Shown here piece by piece: positions 28,811-39,153 of a stretch of DNA of 64,000 nt. The stretch comes from a virus, in the IMG/VR virus record IMGVR_UViG_3300025840_003125. One strand, given 5' to 3'. A model generated the notes under the pieces. The model did no database searches. It was not told where the DNA came from and saw nothing but the letters and a program-made list of their open reading frames with translations. Positions within the stretch are counted from its first letter, which is position 1. Every line of letters starts with the position of its first letter. A program made the translations under genes and the position numbers.

Positions 28811-29643
28811 TGGCTGCACGACAAATAACTGCTACACAAACATTAGAAGACTTTAGAACACAGTTTAATGCTCTATCGGCTACTGATTTTGGTGATATTG
28901 CTACGTTAGATTCTGGTTTAACCGCAACGTCTGTAATAGGCGCTGTTAATGAATTATACGCTGCGATTGCTGGTGCATTATCTTTTACAATTTCAGATGG
29001 CAATGGTGGTAATGAAACACTTGTAAATGGAAATACATTATCATTTAGAGGTACAGTAAATCAAATTACAGCAACGGTATCACCAACAGATACGGTTACA
29101 TACTCATTAACCGATGATGTAACAATTGCTGGTGAGTTTACTGCTTCAGGCACAGGTGCTCACACATTAGGTGAGTTATCATTTACAGGCAGTACAATTG
29201 CAAGTTCAGGCTCTACTATCACAATGAGTGATGATGTAACAATGCCTGCAACTAAAACGCTAACTGTTGATAAGATTTCAAGTAATCAATCATTTGTTGA
29301 TTTCGGAAGTAAAAACGTATCAACTGACGGATACTTCTACACAACATTAGCAAGTGGAGGTCTGGTATTTGAAGGAACAACACCAGACGCACACGAAACT
29401 ATAGTAACCGTTGTAGACCCCACAGCAGATAGAACAATCACTTTGCCTAATGTGACAGGAACAGTTATAACTACTGGCGATACAGGTACTATCGTTGGTT
29501 CTATGATTGCAAACGACACTATAGGTGAGGCAAATATGGCTGATGACGCCATAGGGCAAGATCAACTAAAAAGTGTAGTAACCTTGCAGATTTTAAATTC
29601 TAGTGGCGTTGTTGTTAAAACAATGTATGCTGCAGGTGCATAA
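28810..29643 (+). CDS. Tail-fibre-like virion protein
   Basis: TLEDFR.QFN N-terminus; FEG.T.D..ET...DPTADRTITLP module; C-terminal motif shared with 19810. Confidence 0.7.
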   Translation: MAARQITATQTLEDFRTQFNALSATDFGDIATLDSGLTATSVIGAVNELYAAIAGALSFTISDGNGGNETLVNGNTLSFRGTVNQITATVSPTDTVTYSLTDDVTIAGEFTASGTGAHTLGELSFTGSTIASSGSTITMSDDVTMPATKTLTVDKISSNQSFVDFGSKNVSTDGYFYTTLASGGLVFEGTTPDAHETIVTVVDPTADRTITLPNVTGTVITTGDTGTIVGSMIANDTIGEANMADDAIGQDQLKSVVTLQILNSSGVVVKTMYAAGA

Positions 29644-29647
29644 ATAG

Positions 29648-29655
29648 TATAAATA
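29648..29655 (+). promoter_or_regulatory. T4-type late promoter
   Basis: TATAAATA. Confidence 0.75.
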
Positions 29656-29710
29656 AGTAAAGAGAGGTACTTACTGAAAGACGTGGTACCAGATAAAAAA
29701 TGGAGAAATT

Positions 29711-30652
29711 ATGGCAGTAAGAAAACCTTTATATGTAGATTCAGGCAATCTACGAGAGATGGACACTACTATGGTCGAACAGATCGTAGATCAGGCTGTC
29801 TATCAATATTCATTAAATCCTAGTGTTGCATTATCTGTAGTTGGATCAGGTGGTAGTTTAGGTTCAATGAACGACACAAGAAAACAAGCAGGATCATATT
29901 CAACAAGTACTACTTCATTCCCAAGTGAGGCAACAACAGCAGAACCAAGTACGGTTACAGTAACTTACGATAAAGTTTCTGAAACTAGAACAGCAGGATC
30001 GCCTACGGCAGATACTGGTAAAACATGGCCTGTGTATTACAACACATCTGGTCAGATACAAGCAATGAATTTATCGGATGTAAAAGATACATTTTTACAC
30101 CCAGCAATTGATCTATTGGCTTCAGGATCAACAGGTACTCAACAAGGTGGAACTTATCACGTTTCAACAAGTGCTTCTGTTGCAGGTTCAACTGAAGTGT
30201 CTGGTGCTTCAACACCAATCTTTTCAGATACAAGAGCAGATACATCTTTATATACTGCTGGTGGTATTCCTGAAGCGCTTGACCAACCTACAACAGTTAC
30301 AAACTATTACTTACATAGAATTGATGGTTCTCAAATTACATATACTGAACCATACTTTTTAGATGGTTCTAATAACATCAAAGAATTTACAACATCTGCT
30401 TTTGATACATTGTTACAAGAATGGATGAAGTACACAGCAGTATCATCTGCTGATGGTTATTCTTTAAGTTATAACATTGGTACTTCTGGTTCTGGTAATA
30501 CAAGAGGTTCTGGTATGGGTGATACTATATTAGATGGTTCTGGTAACTATCAACAATTGTTTGTAAACGCTGATGACTATAGAGCACAGGAATTTCCAAA
30601 TGGATCTGCAACTACAGCTGCAACATATTATTTAAGAATATATAAGTCTTAA
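29711..30652 (+). CDS. Probable virion structural protein
   Basis: S/T/G-rich, late promoter, internally repeated YYL.I motif. Confidence 0.6.
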   Translation: MAVRKPLYVDSGNLREMDTTMVEQIVDQAVYQYSLNPSVALSVVGSGGSLGSMNDTRKQAGSYSTSTTSFPSEATTAEPSTVTVTYDKVSETRTAGSPTADTGKTWPVYYNTSGQIQAMNLSDVKDTFLHPAIDLLASGSTGTQQGGTYHVSTSASVAGSTEVSGASTPIFSDTRADTSLYTAGGIPEALDQPTTVTNYYLHRIDGSQITYTEPYFLDGSNNIKEFTTSAFDTLLQEWMKYTAVSSADGYSLSYNIGTSGSGNTRGSGMGDTILDGSGNYQQLFVNADDYRAQEFPNGSATTAATYYLRIYKS

Positions 30653-30678
30653 TAGACTTATAAATTATATTATGAATT

Positions 30679-31410
30679 ATGAAAATATTATTAACAGGTA
30701 GTGAAGGCTTCATAGGTCAACACTTAAATAAATTCTTAACAGATCAAAAACACGAAGTAATTTGTCTGGACAAAAAAACAGGCAATGATTTACTTACTTG
30801 CGACTTAAAATATTCTGTAGATTTAGTTATACATCTCGCTGGTTTATCTGGCGTTAGAGATAGTTTAGATAAATCGGAAGAGTATTGGATACAAAATGTA
30901 ATCGCAGGTCAAAGACTTTTTGATTTTTTCAAAGATACAAGAATCTTATACGCAAGTTCATCAACAGCACACGAACCTTGGAAAAATCCATATGCAATGA
31001 GTAAATATGCTTTAGAGCGTATTGCTCCTGCAAACAGTATGGGTATGAGATTTACAACCGTGTATGGTCCTAATGCTAGAGAAACAATGTTGATACCAAG
31101 AATCTTACGAAATGATGTTCCTTATATCAACACAAATCATAGTAGAGATTTTATACACGTTGACGATTTAGTGAGAGGGATAGATACTTTAATTAAATCA
31201 AATTTAAGAGGTGTAACAGATTTAGGTTCTGGTACTACAAACAATCTTGTAGAGTTAATTGAATACTTTGGAATTAATTGTAAACGTGTTGTGGGAGAAC
31301 AAAACGAAAGATTGAATAACCTTGCTGATAATACACTACTAAATAAAATAGGTTGGTCACCTAAAATAAACTTATATGACTATATTAAGGAGAACAAACA
31401 TGTTAACTGA
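30679..31410 (+). CDS. NAD-dependent epimerase/dehydratase (extended SDR)
   Basis: TGSEGFIG; HLAG; ASSS; YAMSK; RF.TVYGP; RDFIHVDD. Confidence 0.92.
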   Translation: MKILLTGSEGFIGQHLNKFLTDQKHEVICLDKKTGNDLLTCDLKYSVDLVIHLAGLSGVRDSLDKSEEYWIQNVIAGQRLFDFFKDTRILYASSSTAHEPWKNPYAMSKYALERIAPANSMGMRFTTVYGPNARETMLIPRILRNDVPYINTNHSRDFIHVDDLVRGIDTLIKSNLRGVTDLGSGTTNNLVELIEYFGINCKRVVGEQNERLNNLADNTLLNKIGWSPKINLYDYIKENKHVN

Positions 31411-31894
31411 AGAATATTTAAAAGAACATTTTATAACTGCTCATTTTTGTGACAATGAAAGACAAAACATTGAGATATTAATGACAAATGAAGATAAGAC
31501 AGCAACAATACCATATTACATTCCTTTTGATGAAAATGATGTAAAATATAAAGCATTATCAACCGTTATGAATTTAGATCAATTGCATGAGGCAACGTAT
31601 CAGAAAAAGAAAGACGAAAGACGAGATTTTGAAAATATGGTTTTAGAAATTGCAAAAAAAGACGGTCTAATAATGGACTCAAATAAGATTGACACTAAAT
31701 TTTATCCTAGAGTAGTAGAAGCTATTTTTGGTGATGAAGAAAATTTAGATCACGTTTTTGCTTTAAAACTTGCAATATTTGAGTTAGACGGAATTAAGGA
31801 TTCTAAAAAAGAAGAATTAAAGAAAAAGCTAAGACAATCAAAAACTAAAAGAGATATTATTGCTACTGCTTGTCAGATTTTAGAAAATAGTTAG
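31400..31894 (+). CDS. Hypothetical protein
   Basis: 164 aa, SD AAGGAG before ATG 31400. Confidence 0.7.
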   Translation: MLTEEYLKEHFITAHFCDNERQNIEILMTNEDKTATIPYYIPFDENDVKYKALSTVMNLDQLHEATYQKKKDERRDFENMVLEIAKKDGLIMDSNKIDTKFYPRVVEAIFGDEENLDHVFALKLAIFELDGIKDSKKEELKKKLRQSKTKRDIIATACQILENS

Positions 31895-32441
31895 AATACC
31901 AACCAGTCCAACCTTTTTCCATTATATGTTGCATTTGACCAAGTGTACATATACTATATGACAAAGGTTTATAATACAGATAGTCTTTAATTGAAGGACA
32001 TACTCTTTCATACGTTTTATAGTCAATGAATTTATAGTACCATTCATCACTTCCTCTAGTGTAGGTATCCACGTAGAAAGAGTCTTGTTCTTTAAACTTA
32101 TCCCATATATAAGATACATCACCAGTCCATGATACTATAGATGAGTTTAAAGGTGTGTGAGCAGGTTCTCTCCACCACGTATCATCTAATAACGTAAAAT
32201 CTTTTCTTACTAGATTAGGTAACTTGTTGTAGATAATCATATCTAAATCAAAATACAGGTTCTCCCCATCTCGGAACCTATCGTACATCTGAAATTTGTT
32301 AAACCAATTACCATATAGGTCGTCTTCTATAACTTCAAAACTATCATACTTTAGACCAGAGTATTCATCTATCATATGTTTTAAGTTATCAACGTGCCAT
32401 TGAGTAAACTTATTACCAAATCTACAACAAATAATTCTCAT
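31863..32441 (-). CDS. GT-A glycosyltransferase-like protein
   Basis: WFNKFQMY; NLYFDLD (DxD); NSSIVSW. Confidence 0.7.
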   Translation of the reverse strand: MRIICCRFGNKFTQWHVDNLKHMIDEYSGLKYDSFEVIEDDLYGNWFNKFQMYDRFRDGENLYFDLDMIIYNKLPNLVRKDFTLLDDTWWREPAHTPLNSSIVSWTGDVSYIWDKFKEQDSFYVDTYTRGSDEWYYKFIDYKTYERVCPSIKDYLYYKPLSYSICTLGQMQHIMEKGWTGWYSNYFLKSDKQ

Positions 32442-33141
32442 TTATCTTTCTTCCTACACCTGTAAAGTGTACTACTTTTAATTTTTCGTTTACTTCTTTA
32501 TCTAATATCATAAAGTCAGTATCAAACTTTTGCATATACATTTGATTTAGTTTTAAATTTTCATTGTAGTCATCTGTATATTTCGCAATCCATTCACTAG
32601 GTGTTTTAGTTAGTTTTGCTTTATGTTCTAATATCTTCCACTTGACATAATTTTGTTCGCCATAATATTTCTTATGTACTGTTCCTTCGTTATAGAAATG
32701 TAATTGCCAGTATTCAGGATTAAGTGCAAAGTCATCCCATAAAAATTTTAAACTACCTGATTTAAACTTATAGAAACCACCATTGATACCTAGTTTGTTT
32801 TCCCACCATTGACCATATGTTACTAATTCATCATCTGATACAGGATGCCCTAGTAAATCATCTATATTACTTACTATGACTTGATCTATATCCATAATGA
32901 TTATATCATCATCTGGTTTCTGATATGCAAATTGAGGACTAAAGAATTTTAGTTTATGCCAATGTTTTACTATATTACTATGATGATTGTAAGGTAGGAC
33001 TAAATCTGCTTTGACATCTGTATCACTTAAACATACAAACTCAAAGTCTATTGATGAGTGTTTACGTAAACTATCGTGTAGTCTTTCAACGTAATCGGGT
33101 GTGTAAAAACCATCAAAGTATACCGTACATATTTTAAGCAT
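32422..33141 (-). CDS. GT-A glycosyltransferase-like protein (paralog of 31863)
   Basis: YVERL..SL; FVCLSD; WHKLKFF; MDID; GEQNY; VVHF.G. Confidence 0.72.
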   Translation of the reverse strand: MLKICTVYFDGFYTPDYVERLHDSLRKHSSIDFEFVCLSDTDVKADLVLPYNHHSNIVKHWHKLKFFSPQFAYQKPDDDIIIMDIDQVIVSNIDDLLGHPVSDDELVTYGQWWENKLGINGGFYKFKSGSLKFLWDDFALNPEYWQLHFYNEGTVHKKYYGEQNYVKWKILEHKAKLTKTPSEWIAKYTDDYNENLKLNQMYMQKFDTDFMILDKEVNEKLKVVHFTGVGRKINENYLL

Positions 33142-33997
33142 TAAGTCTTCTCCACACAAGATCAAAGTCTTTGTTGATAGTGTGGCAAAGTATAGTATCT
33201 TTAGGTATGAATCCTTGTTGATATAAAAAATAATGCCATTTGTCATCTAACCATTGTACAGATACATTGTTTTCTTTTATTTTAAATGAAAATAATGTTT
33301 CATTATCCCAACCAAAATATTGTAATACTTTTTTAGGGAATATATCACTGCTATTTTTTAATTCAGACATCATAGCTAAATTATCTTTAAAATTTTCAAA
33401 GTAGTTTAGTTTTACTAAATGATCTTTGTTAATACCTACGATACCTGTATTAATAACATCATTTTTAGGACTTAATCCTTTTTCTATCAACATTGCCTGA
33501 GTATTGAAATATTTTGATGATGGACTTCTTATTGTTTGTGATGTATCTGTAACTGAATCTATTTTTGTGATTTTACTATTATTGTTTAGTACAGCAATAC
33601 CTTTTGTTAAATCCCACACCTCAAAAAAGTTTTCATTTTTCATAGGCACAACATCAAAATCTAAAAATAATATTTCATCATATTTCGTAGATAGTTCATA
33701 CATTAAATGTATCTTATAAAAATTTATTATATTATACATTGTAAGGTATGGATATTGTTTTTTTATATTTTCTGACCATAATGTAAAGTTTGTATCATAT
33801 TCATATAAAATAAAATCAGCACCAATAGCGTCAGCGTAGATTTGTTTACAAGCACATAGATCACCATAATGTTTTGCGAATTGCTCTTTAGTTCTTATGT
33901 TCATAGGTGTATCACCTGTCTTCAAAATGTTTTTATCAAAAATATCAATATCTTCTGAAGGTATATCAATATACAAACTAAAAATTACTCTTTTCAT
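33134..33997 (-). CDS. GT-A glycosyltransferase-like protein
   Basis: YA..IGADF; YDEILFLDFDVV; NTG; DNETLF; W...WH. Confidence 0.65.
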   Translation of the reverse strand: MKRVIFSLYIDIPSEDIDIFDKNILKTGDTPMNIRTKEQFAKHYGDLCACKQIYADAIGADFILYEYDTNFTLWSENIKKQYPYLTMYNIINFYKIHLMYELSTKYDEILFLDFDVVPMKNENFFEVWDLTKGIAVLNNNSKITKIDSVTDTSQTIRSPSSKYFNTQAMLIEKGLSPKNDVINTGIVGINKDHLVKLNYFENFKDNLAMMSELKNSSDIFPKKVLQYFGWDNETLFSFKIKENNVSVQWLDDKWHYFLYQQGFIPKDTILCHTINKDFDLVWRRLNA

Positions 33998-34725
33998 AAT
34001 ATTTTTCCTATTAATGTAAATCTTGTTCCTCTTTCATCATTAATTTCATCTTCAACAAGCACTTCGGTGTTTTTAGGTAATTGTGTTTTAAATTCATCGC
34101 CATTGTTTACACAATTTATATGTGTATCAATATTGAACATGTCATTTGATTGAAAGGCAAAATGTGCTGTTTTTTTCATTCTTGTCCACCATGGAACTTT
34201 ACGTGTAACAGGCACACCAAATTTTGAATTGAAATATAGTGATTTAGGTCCTATAGGTCCCCATTCAGACATTGGTCGCATATGTTCACACGAAGTATTA
34301 ATGAATAAATCTGTTTTCTCATATTCGTTTCTAAAATCTTTGAATATGTCATCTGATATAAAGGTAACATTTTCATAGTTGTAAAACAATTTATTTTTAG
34401 CAATCTTTATAACTCTATCGTCCATATCTATTGCTGTAATCTTTTTTACTCTAGGTGCTAATTCAGGTATTAGAATACTACCATACCAACAACCGAATAT
34501 TGTTATTTCAGTTTGATCTGTTATTAAACCAAGTTTATCACAATGTTTTACAATATTCATCTTTGCGTTTAATTGAGGAGTACTAAAAGAGTCTAGTATA
34601 TTATGTTCTAAATCAGGCTCTTCTTTAATAGTATAAATTATTTTTTCCAATAAATTATAATCTATATGATTATTATGTAAGCTCAATATATTTTTTAAAT
34701 ATTGTAATTGATCTCTTTCTATCAT
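33994..34725 (-). CDS. Class I SAM-dependent methyltransferase-like protein
   Basis: IFGCWYG motif I; AIDMD; DLFINTSCEHM. Confidence 0.65.
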   Translation of the reverse strand: MIERDQLQYLKNILSLHNNHIDYNLLEKIIYTIKEEPDLEHNILDSFSTPQLNAKMNIVKHCDKLGLITDQTEITIFGCWYGSILIPELAPRVKKITAIDMDDRVIKIAKNKLFYNYENVTFISDDIFKDFRNEYEKTDLFINTSCEHMRPMSEWGPIGPKSLYFNSKFGVPVTRKVPWWTRMKKTAHFAFQSNDMFNIDTHINCVNNGDEFKTQLPKNTEVLVEDEINDERGTRFTLIGKIL

Positions 34726-35426
34726 TTAACCCAACTTACTATATCTGATAATGGCGGACATGTGTCTAATCCCAATTGATTCTTTTTCTCTAGCCATTGC
34801 TGTCTTGTTTCTTCAGCATAACCACAACTCATCATTAATATAGGTCTTCTTTTTACCCAACTAAAACCTAAATCATGCCATTGTTTTACATCTCTTATAA
34901 AACAAATATTGTACGATACATCTAATCCTTCTTCTAATAGATAACTTGATAGATTGGTTGCAAACATTCCTACTTCTAAAGCGATATGATCTATAATTTT
35001 TTCTACGTATTCTGGATATTGCTCATCTGCCGTATGACTACCATTGTCTATCTGTTTTTGATAGAACGCATTTGGTTTATGCACAACTCTGCTATGAAAT
35101 GCAAACAAGTAAGGATTAGTTCTTACATGATTGTAGTTTGGATTAGGATTCTTTTTTGCGTCATGTGTTACTTTAGATAAACCTAAAGCATTTGTATCTT
35201 TGTCAACTTGTATATGATTTCTATTAGATAAAATCCATATCTTTTCTTTCCATTCTTGTTGTTCAGGACCATAGACATTTATTCTATATGCAAACATATT
35301 ATTTTTAGATGATGTTGTTATTAATGCTTTTTCTAAAGCTCTATCTATGATTTCTTTTGGTGGAACATCTTTTTTATAAGTGATAACGTGTCTTCGTTTA
35401 TCTTTTAATAAGTCGTAGTGTTTCAT
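34722..35426 (-). CDS. Nitroreductase-family protein
   Basis: RRHV..Y; TSSKNN; EVGMF...L....LEEGLDVSY..C; MSCGY. Confidence 0.7.
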   Translation of the reverse strand: MKHYDLLKDKRRHVITYKKDVPPKEIIDRALEKALITTSSKNNMFAYRINVYGPEQQEWKEKIWILSNRNHIQVDKDTNALGLSKVTHDAKKNPNPNYNHVRTNPYLFAFHSRVVHKPNAFYQKQIDNGSHTADEQYPEYVEKIIDHIALEVGMFATNLSSYLLEEGLDVSYNICFIRDVKQWHDLGFSWVKRRPILMMSCGYAEETRQQWLEKKNQLGLDTCPPLSDIVSWVK

Positions 35427-36937
35427 TTTTTTATTACCCAATCTCCTATTACTAACATATTCAATGCCGTTCTCTTAAACGTTCTAATTGCATGTTGTGG
35501 TGTTTCAACAATAGGTTCCTGACAATTAAAACTTGTGTTTAACAACATAGGTATGCCTGTTATTTTGTAAAATTCATTTACTATATCATAAAATTTTTTA
35601 TTATCTTTTCTATTTATAGTCTGTATTCTAGCAGTATTATCAACGTGTGTAATGCCTGGTACTTTATCAGTTTTTACTTTACATATCCTAGACATGTAAG
35701 GACTAGGACCACCTCTTGTATCAAAGTATTCTTGGTAATGTTCTTCTAATACTACAGGTGCAAATGGTCTAAAGTCTTCTCTCATTTTTATAGTGTGATT
35801 AATGATATTTTTTATATCAGGATTACGAGGGTCTGCTAATATGCTTCTATTACCTAATGCTCGATTACCACTTTCTGATTTGCCTTGAAACCAACCTATA
35901 ATAGAACCATCTGCTATTGCTTGTGCTACTTCTTTATAATTTACTTTTTCTTCACCTACATAATCATACTCCTTACCAGCATACAATTCTGATTTATGTA
36001 CATTTTTATTTAAGACAAAATCAGCGTGTTGATATGCACCAATGGCTTGTCCCTCATCACCAACTGCAGGTGGTACAAATACATTGTTATAATGTTTAGT
36101 AAATTCTTCATTCATATAACCATTGTAAGCAACACCACCTGCAATACATAAGTTATCACAAGTCTTTAATGGATATACATGTTCTTTTATTTTATCTAAA
36201 GTAAATCTTTGTAGTGTGTATGCTAAATCATCTACACCGTGCGTATCAACATCTATTTGCTTAAAGTGTTCTTGTTTCTTTTCAGTTATAGGACCATCAA
36301 GTATAACTTCAAAACATGTATAGTAATATCTACTAAACTTACCATATCCTACTTTACCCATAAGTTTACTTGCACCTAATGTACCAAAACCTGTAAGACC
36401 AGACATGTGATTCCATAACCAACCTATAGGTAGTTTATCTGATAGATCAATTAAGTTTTGTTCTTTATCAAAAAATACACATCTAAATTTAGAACCTATG
36501 CCATCTATCGCAAGTATATCAGATTTTTCATAACCTGAATTAAGAAACGTATAAGCAGCATGTGATTGATGATGATCTATAAAGTAAACATTATCTTTGT
36601 AATAGTGATCCCATAGTTTTTTAGGATTGTAATTAAATATCTCATCATGCCCTTTTAATATTGTACTCCACAATTCTTCTTTTGATTTTCTAATACCACC
36701 AAACGTATATGTAAATGCTAGTATGGCGTCATCTGGTTTTTTAAAGTATTGTTCAGTAAACTCATCATTCAATCTATAATCACTTACGTTAAGTATATCT
36801 GATTGATGAGCATATGCCTCAGCGTGGTAGGGTAGATTATGTTTAAATCTAGTTTCTCTTTCTCTTTGATTATGATACACACCATCATATGTATTATGAT
36901 CGTGTAGATTCAAAGCAACTGCAAATATTTTATCCAT
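35423..36937 (-). CDS. O-carbamoyltransferase (NodU/CmcH/TobZ family)
   Basis: HHQSHA; DGIG; AGGVAYN; GDEG.AIG; GNRALGNRSILADPR; FRPFAP; LLNTSFN. Confidence 0.93.
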   Translation of the reverse strand: MDKIFAVALNLHDHNTYDGVYHNQRERETRFKHNLPYHAEAYAHQSDILNVSDYRLNDEFTEQYFKKPDDAILAFTYTFGGIRKSKEELWSTILKGHDEIFNYNPKKLWDHYYKDNVYFIDHHQSHAAYTFLNSGYEKSDILAIDGIGSKFRCVFFDKEQNLIDLSDKLPIGWLWNHMSGLTGFGTLGASKLMGKVGYGKFSRYYYTCFEVILDGPITEKKQEHFKQIDVDTHGVDDLAYTLQRFTLDKIKEHVYPLKTCDNLCIAGGVAYNGYMNEEFTKHYNNVFVPPAVGDEGQAIGAYQHADFVLNKNVHKSELYAGKEYDYVGEEKVNYKEVAQAIADGSIIGWFQGKSESGNRALGNRSILADPRNPDIKNIINHTIKMREDFRPFAPVVLEEHYQEYFDTRGGPSPYMSRICKVKTDKVPGITHVDNTARIQTINRKDNKKFYDIVNEFYKITGIPMLLNTSFNCQEPIVETPQHAIRTFKRTALNMLVIGDWVIKK

Positions 36938-37784
36938 TTAGCACACTCGCATATTTTGATAAAGGAAAATGACCTTTAGGCTCAACCCATTCCATACATG
37001 TTTTACAATAGTTCTCATATTTAAATAATCTAAAATTCATCATCTTATCTATATTCTCCTGTGTTATGTCAAATGTTTTTGAGTGAATTATATTATTGGC
37101 AAACTTCTTACTACAATGTACAAGTTTTCTTGTTTCAAAATTGATAACAGGAACCATAGGAAAAGCTGCACACATCTTACGATCTATTTCAGCAGCTTGT
37201 TTGTGTACGGCTGTGACATCATCTTTATTAGGTGTTCTACCATTAAATGATTTCCACATTGTATTTTTATGATTTAACTTTTTCATTTCTTCAGGAAACT
37301 TATCTTTGTATTTAAAGTAATTGGGTGTTTTTACACATAGATTATAATTGTTATAATCATTTGGTTGTATAAAACCGTAAGGTTCTAATTTATCTAAATT
37401 ACCTAGTTTTTTAATACCGTCTTCGTAAAAATCTAATATGTTATGTTCAATATAAAGTATATCAGGATCTTTTAGTATATGTGGATATCTTTTACGTACA
37501 AAAGAGTTTGATAGTACTGAACATACGTGATTAGGTCTGCTTTTAACTTCAGCAATTACATCATCTAAATTTTTAATTAGTCCTGGTTCACCACCTAGAA
37601 GACAAACACGTATCTTATAGTTTTTTAAATAGTCTAGTGTTTGTTTTAGGAAGTCAATATCAACTGTCAAGTTTCTCATCTCTAAAGTATAACTTGTACA
37701 GTAATGACAATCTTTGTTACAAGACATAGACATAAAAAAATCTATGGCTAAATAATTCTGTTGTATTTCTTTTAACGTTATCAT
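36930..37784 (-). CDS. Radical SAM protein with C-terminal Cys cluster
   Basis: CNKDCHYC; LLGGEPG; C-terminal C..(x)..HC..(x)..CKTC. Confidence 0.85.
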   Translation of the reverse strand: MITLKEIQQNYLAIDFFMSMSCNKDCHYCTSYTLEMRNLTVDIDFLKQTLDYLKNYKIRVCLLGGEPGLIKNLDDVIAEVKSRPNHVCSVLSNSFVRKRYPHILKDPDILYIEHNILDFYEDGIKKLGNLDKLEPYGFIQPNDYNNYNLCVKTPNYFKYKDKFPEEMKKLNHKNTMWKSFNGRTPNKDDVTAVHKQAAEIDRKMCAAFPMVPVINFETRKLVHCSKKFANNIIHSKTFDITQENIDKMMNFRLFKYENYCKTCMEWVEPKGHFPLSKYASVLNG

Positions 37785-38101
37785 CTATTATCAAATTTAG
37801 TAAAAAATAATTTATTAAATGCTATTAGTAATTGTTCCTTTGCTAATGTTTTAAATCTTGTTTGTTTAAATAAAAAGTCTTCTCTTTCATAAGCCTTTTC
37901 TATAAGATACTCGTAAATATCTTCATTGTGTTTTTCTAGTAATGCTCTATCTAAAATTATATCATCACCAAACAACCACTTTGATCTCTTTACAAATTTA
38001 AGCAACCTTTGAGGTATCTTATCTGTTATATCAATCATATTATTGTTATCATCTACATAACAAAAACTAGTGACATTTGGACTTATAATTATTTCATTCA
38101 T
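37781..38101 (-). CDS. Hypothetical protein
   Basis: 106 aa, overlapping start/stop junctions within the operon. Confidence 0.65.
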   Translation of the reverse strand: MNEIIISPNVTSFCYVDDNNNMIDITDKIPQRLLKFVKRSKWLFGDDIILDRALLEKHNEDIYEYLIEKAYEREDFLFKQTRFKTLAKEQLLIAFNKLFFTKFDNR

Positions 38102-39153
38102 ATTGTTGCCATTATAATATTACATGTATTATCCACCTCATTATCCGTTAAATATGGATGAATAGGTAATGTTAGTATTGTATCACATATTAACTGGGAA
38201 TTCAAGCAGTTATCTTTTCTATGTATGTGTGTTTTATACAAGGGGTTTTCTGATATAGGTATAGGATAATGTACATTAGCGTTAAGTCTTTTCTTTAGTA
38301 AATCCCTTGTTTCTTTGTTTTCTAATCTTATGACGTATTTGTGATAACAATGATTTACAACCTCATCAACATGTGGTATAATTACAGGTAGATTTTTTAA
38401 ATTGTTAGTATATCGTTTTGCAATTCTAAAACGTTTATCTTGCCATTCGTGCATTTTATCCATTCTATGACTAATAAACTCAGCATTGATTGCTAACATT
38501 TTAGAGTTGTATCCTAACACATCACCGTTGCCGTGTCTTCTTACTTTTCTTAAAAATTCTGCTTGTTGTTTACCATCTAGTAAAATAGCACCACCACCTG
38601 ATATACCTGCAACAGGTTTATTTGCATTGAAACTCAATGTTGCAATATCGCCAAATGTACCTGCATATTGACCATTTCTACTTGCACCAAATGATTGACA
38701 GGCGTCCTCTATGAGTGGGATGTTTTTTTCTTTACAAAAGTTTTGTATTTCTGTCATGTCAGATATATTACCAAATAAATGAGGATATACAATTGCTTTT
38801 GTTTTGTCTGAATACATACGTTTAATACTATCAATTGACATATGATTTGTTTTTGGATCAACATCACAAAATACGGTTGTTGCACCATTCATTGCTACAC
38901 ATGACGCTGAAGATATCCATGAGAAGTTTGTAACTAACACTTCATCGCCAGGTTTTATAGCATATGCCATAAGAGCATATTGTAAAGCGTCTGTACCACT
39001 AGCACAAGCAACGACATACTTTCTATTGATAAGTTTTTGTATTTTCTTTTCTAAAAACTCAATGTTTCTTTCATTTTCTTTTTGCATAACATTATCAAAA
39101 AGTTTTAAATATTCGTCTTTGTTTGCTAGATAATCTCTATCCCAACCTGTCAT
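38098..39153 (-). CDS. DegT/DnrJ/EryC1/StrS sugar aminotransferase
   Basis: SGTDAL; GDEV; HLFG; IEDACQSFG; SFNANK (PLP lysine); HYP; LPIHPYL. Confidence 0.95.
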   Translation of the reverse strand: MTGWDRDYLANKDEYLKLFDNVMQKENERNIEFLEKKIQKLINRKYVVACASGTDALQYALMAYAIKPGDEVLVTNFSWISSASCVAMNGATTVFCDVDPKTNHMSIDSIKRMYSDKTKAIVYPHLFGNISDMTEIQNFCKEKNIPLIEDACQSFGASRNGQYAGTFGDIATLSFNANKPVAGISGGGAILLDGKQQAEFLRKVRRHGNGDVLGYNSKMLAINAEFISHRMDKMHEWQDKRFRIAKRYTNNLKNLPVIIPHVDEVVNHCYHKYVIRLENKETRDLLKKRLNANVHYPIPISENPLYKTHIHRKDNCLNSQLICDTILTLPIHPYLTDNEVDNTCNIIMATI

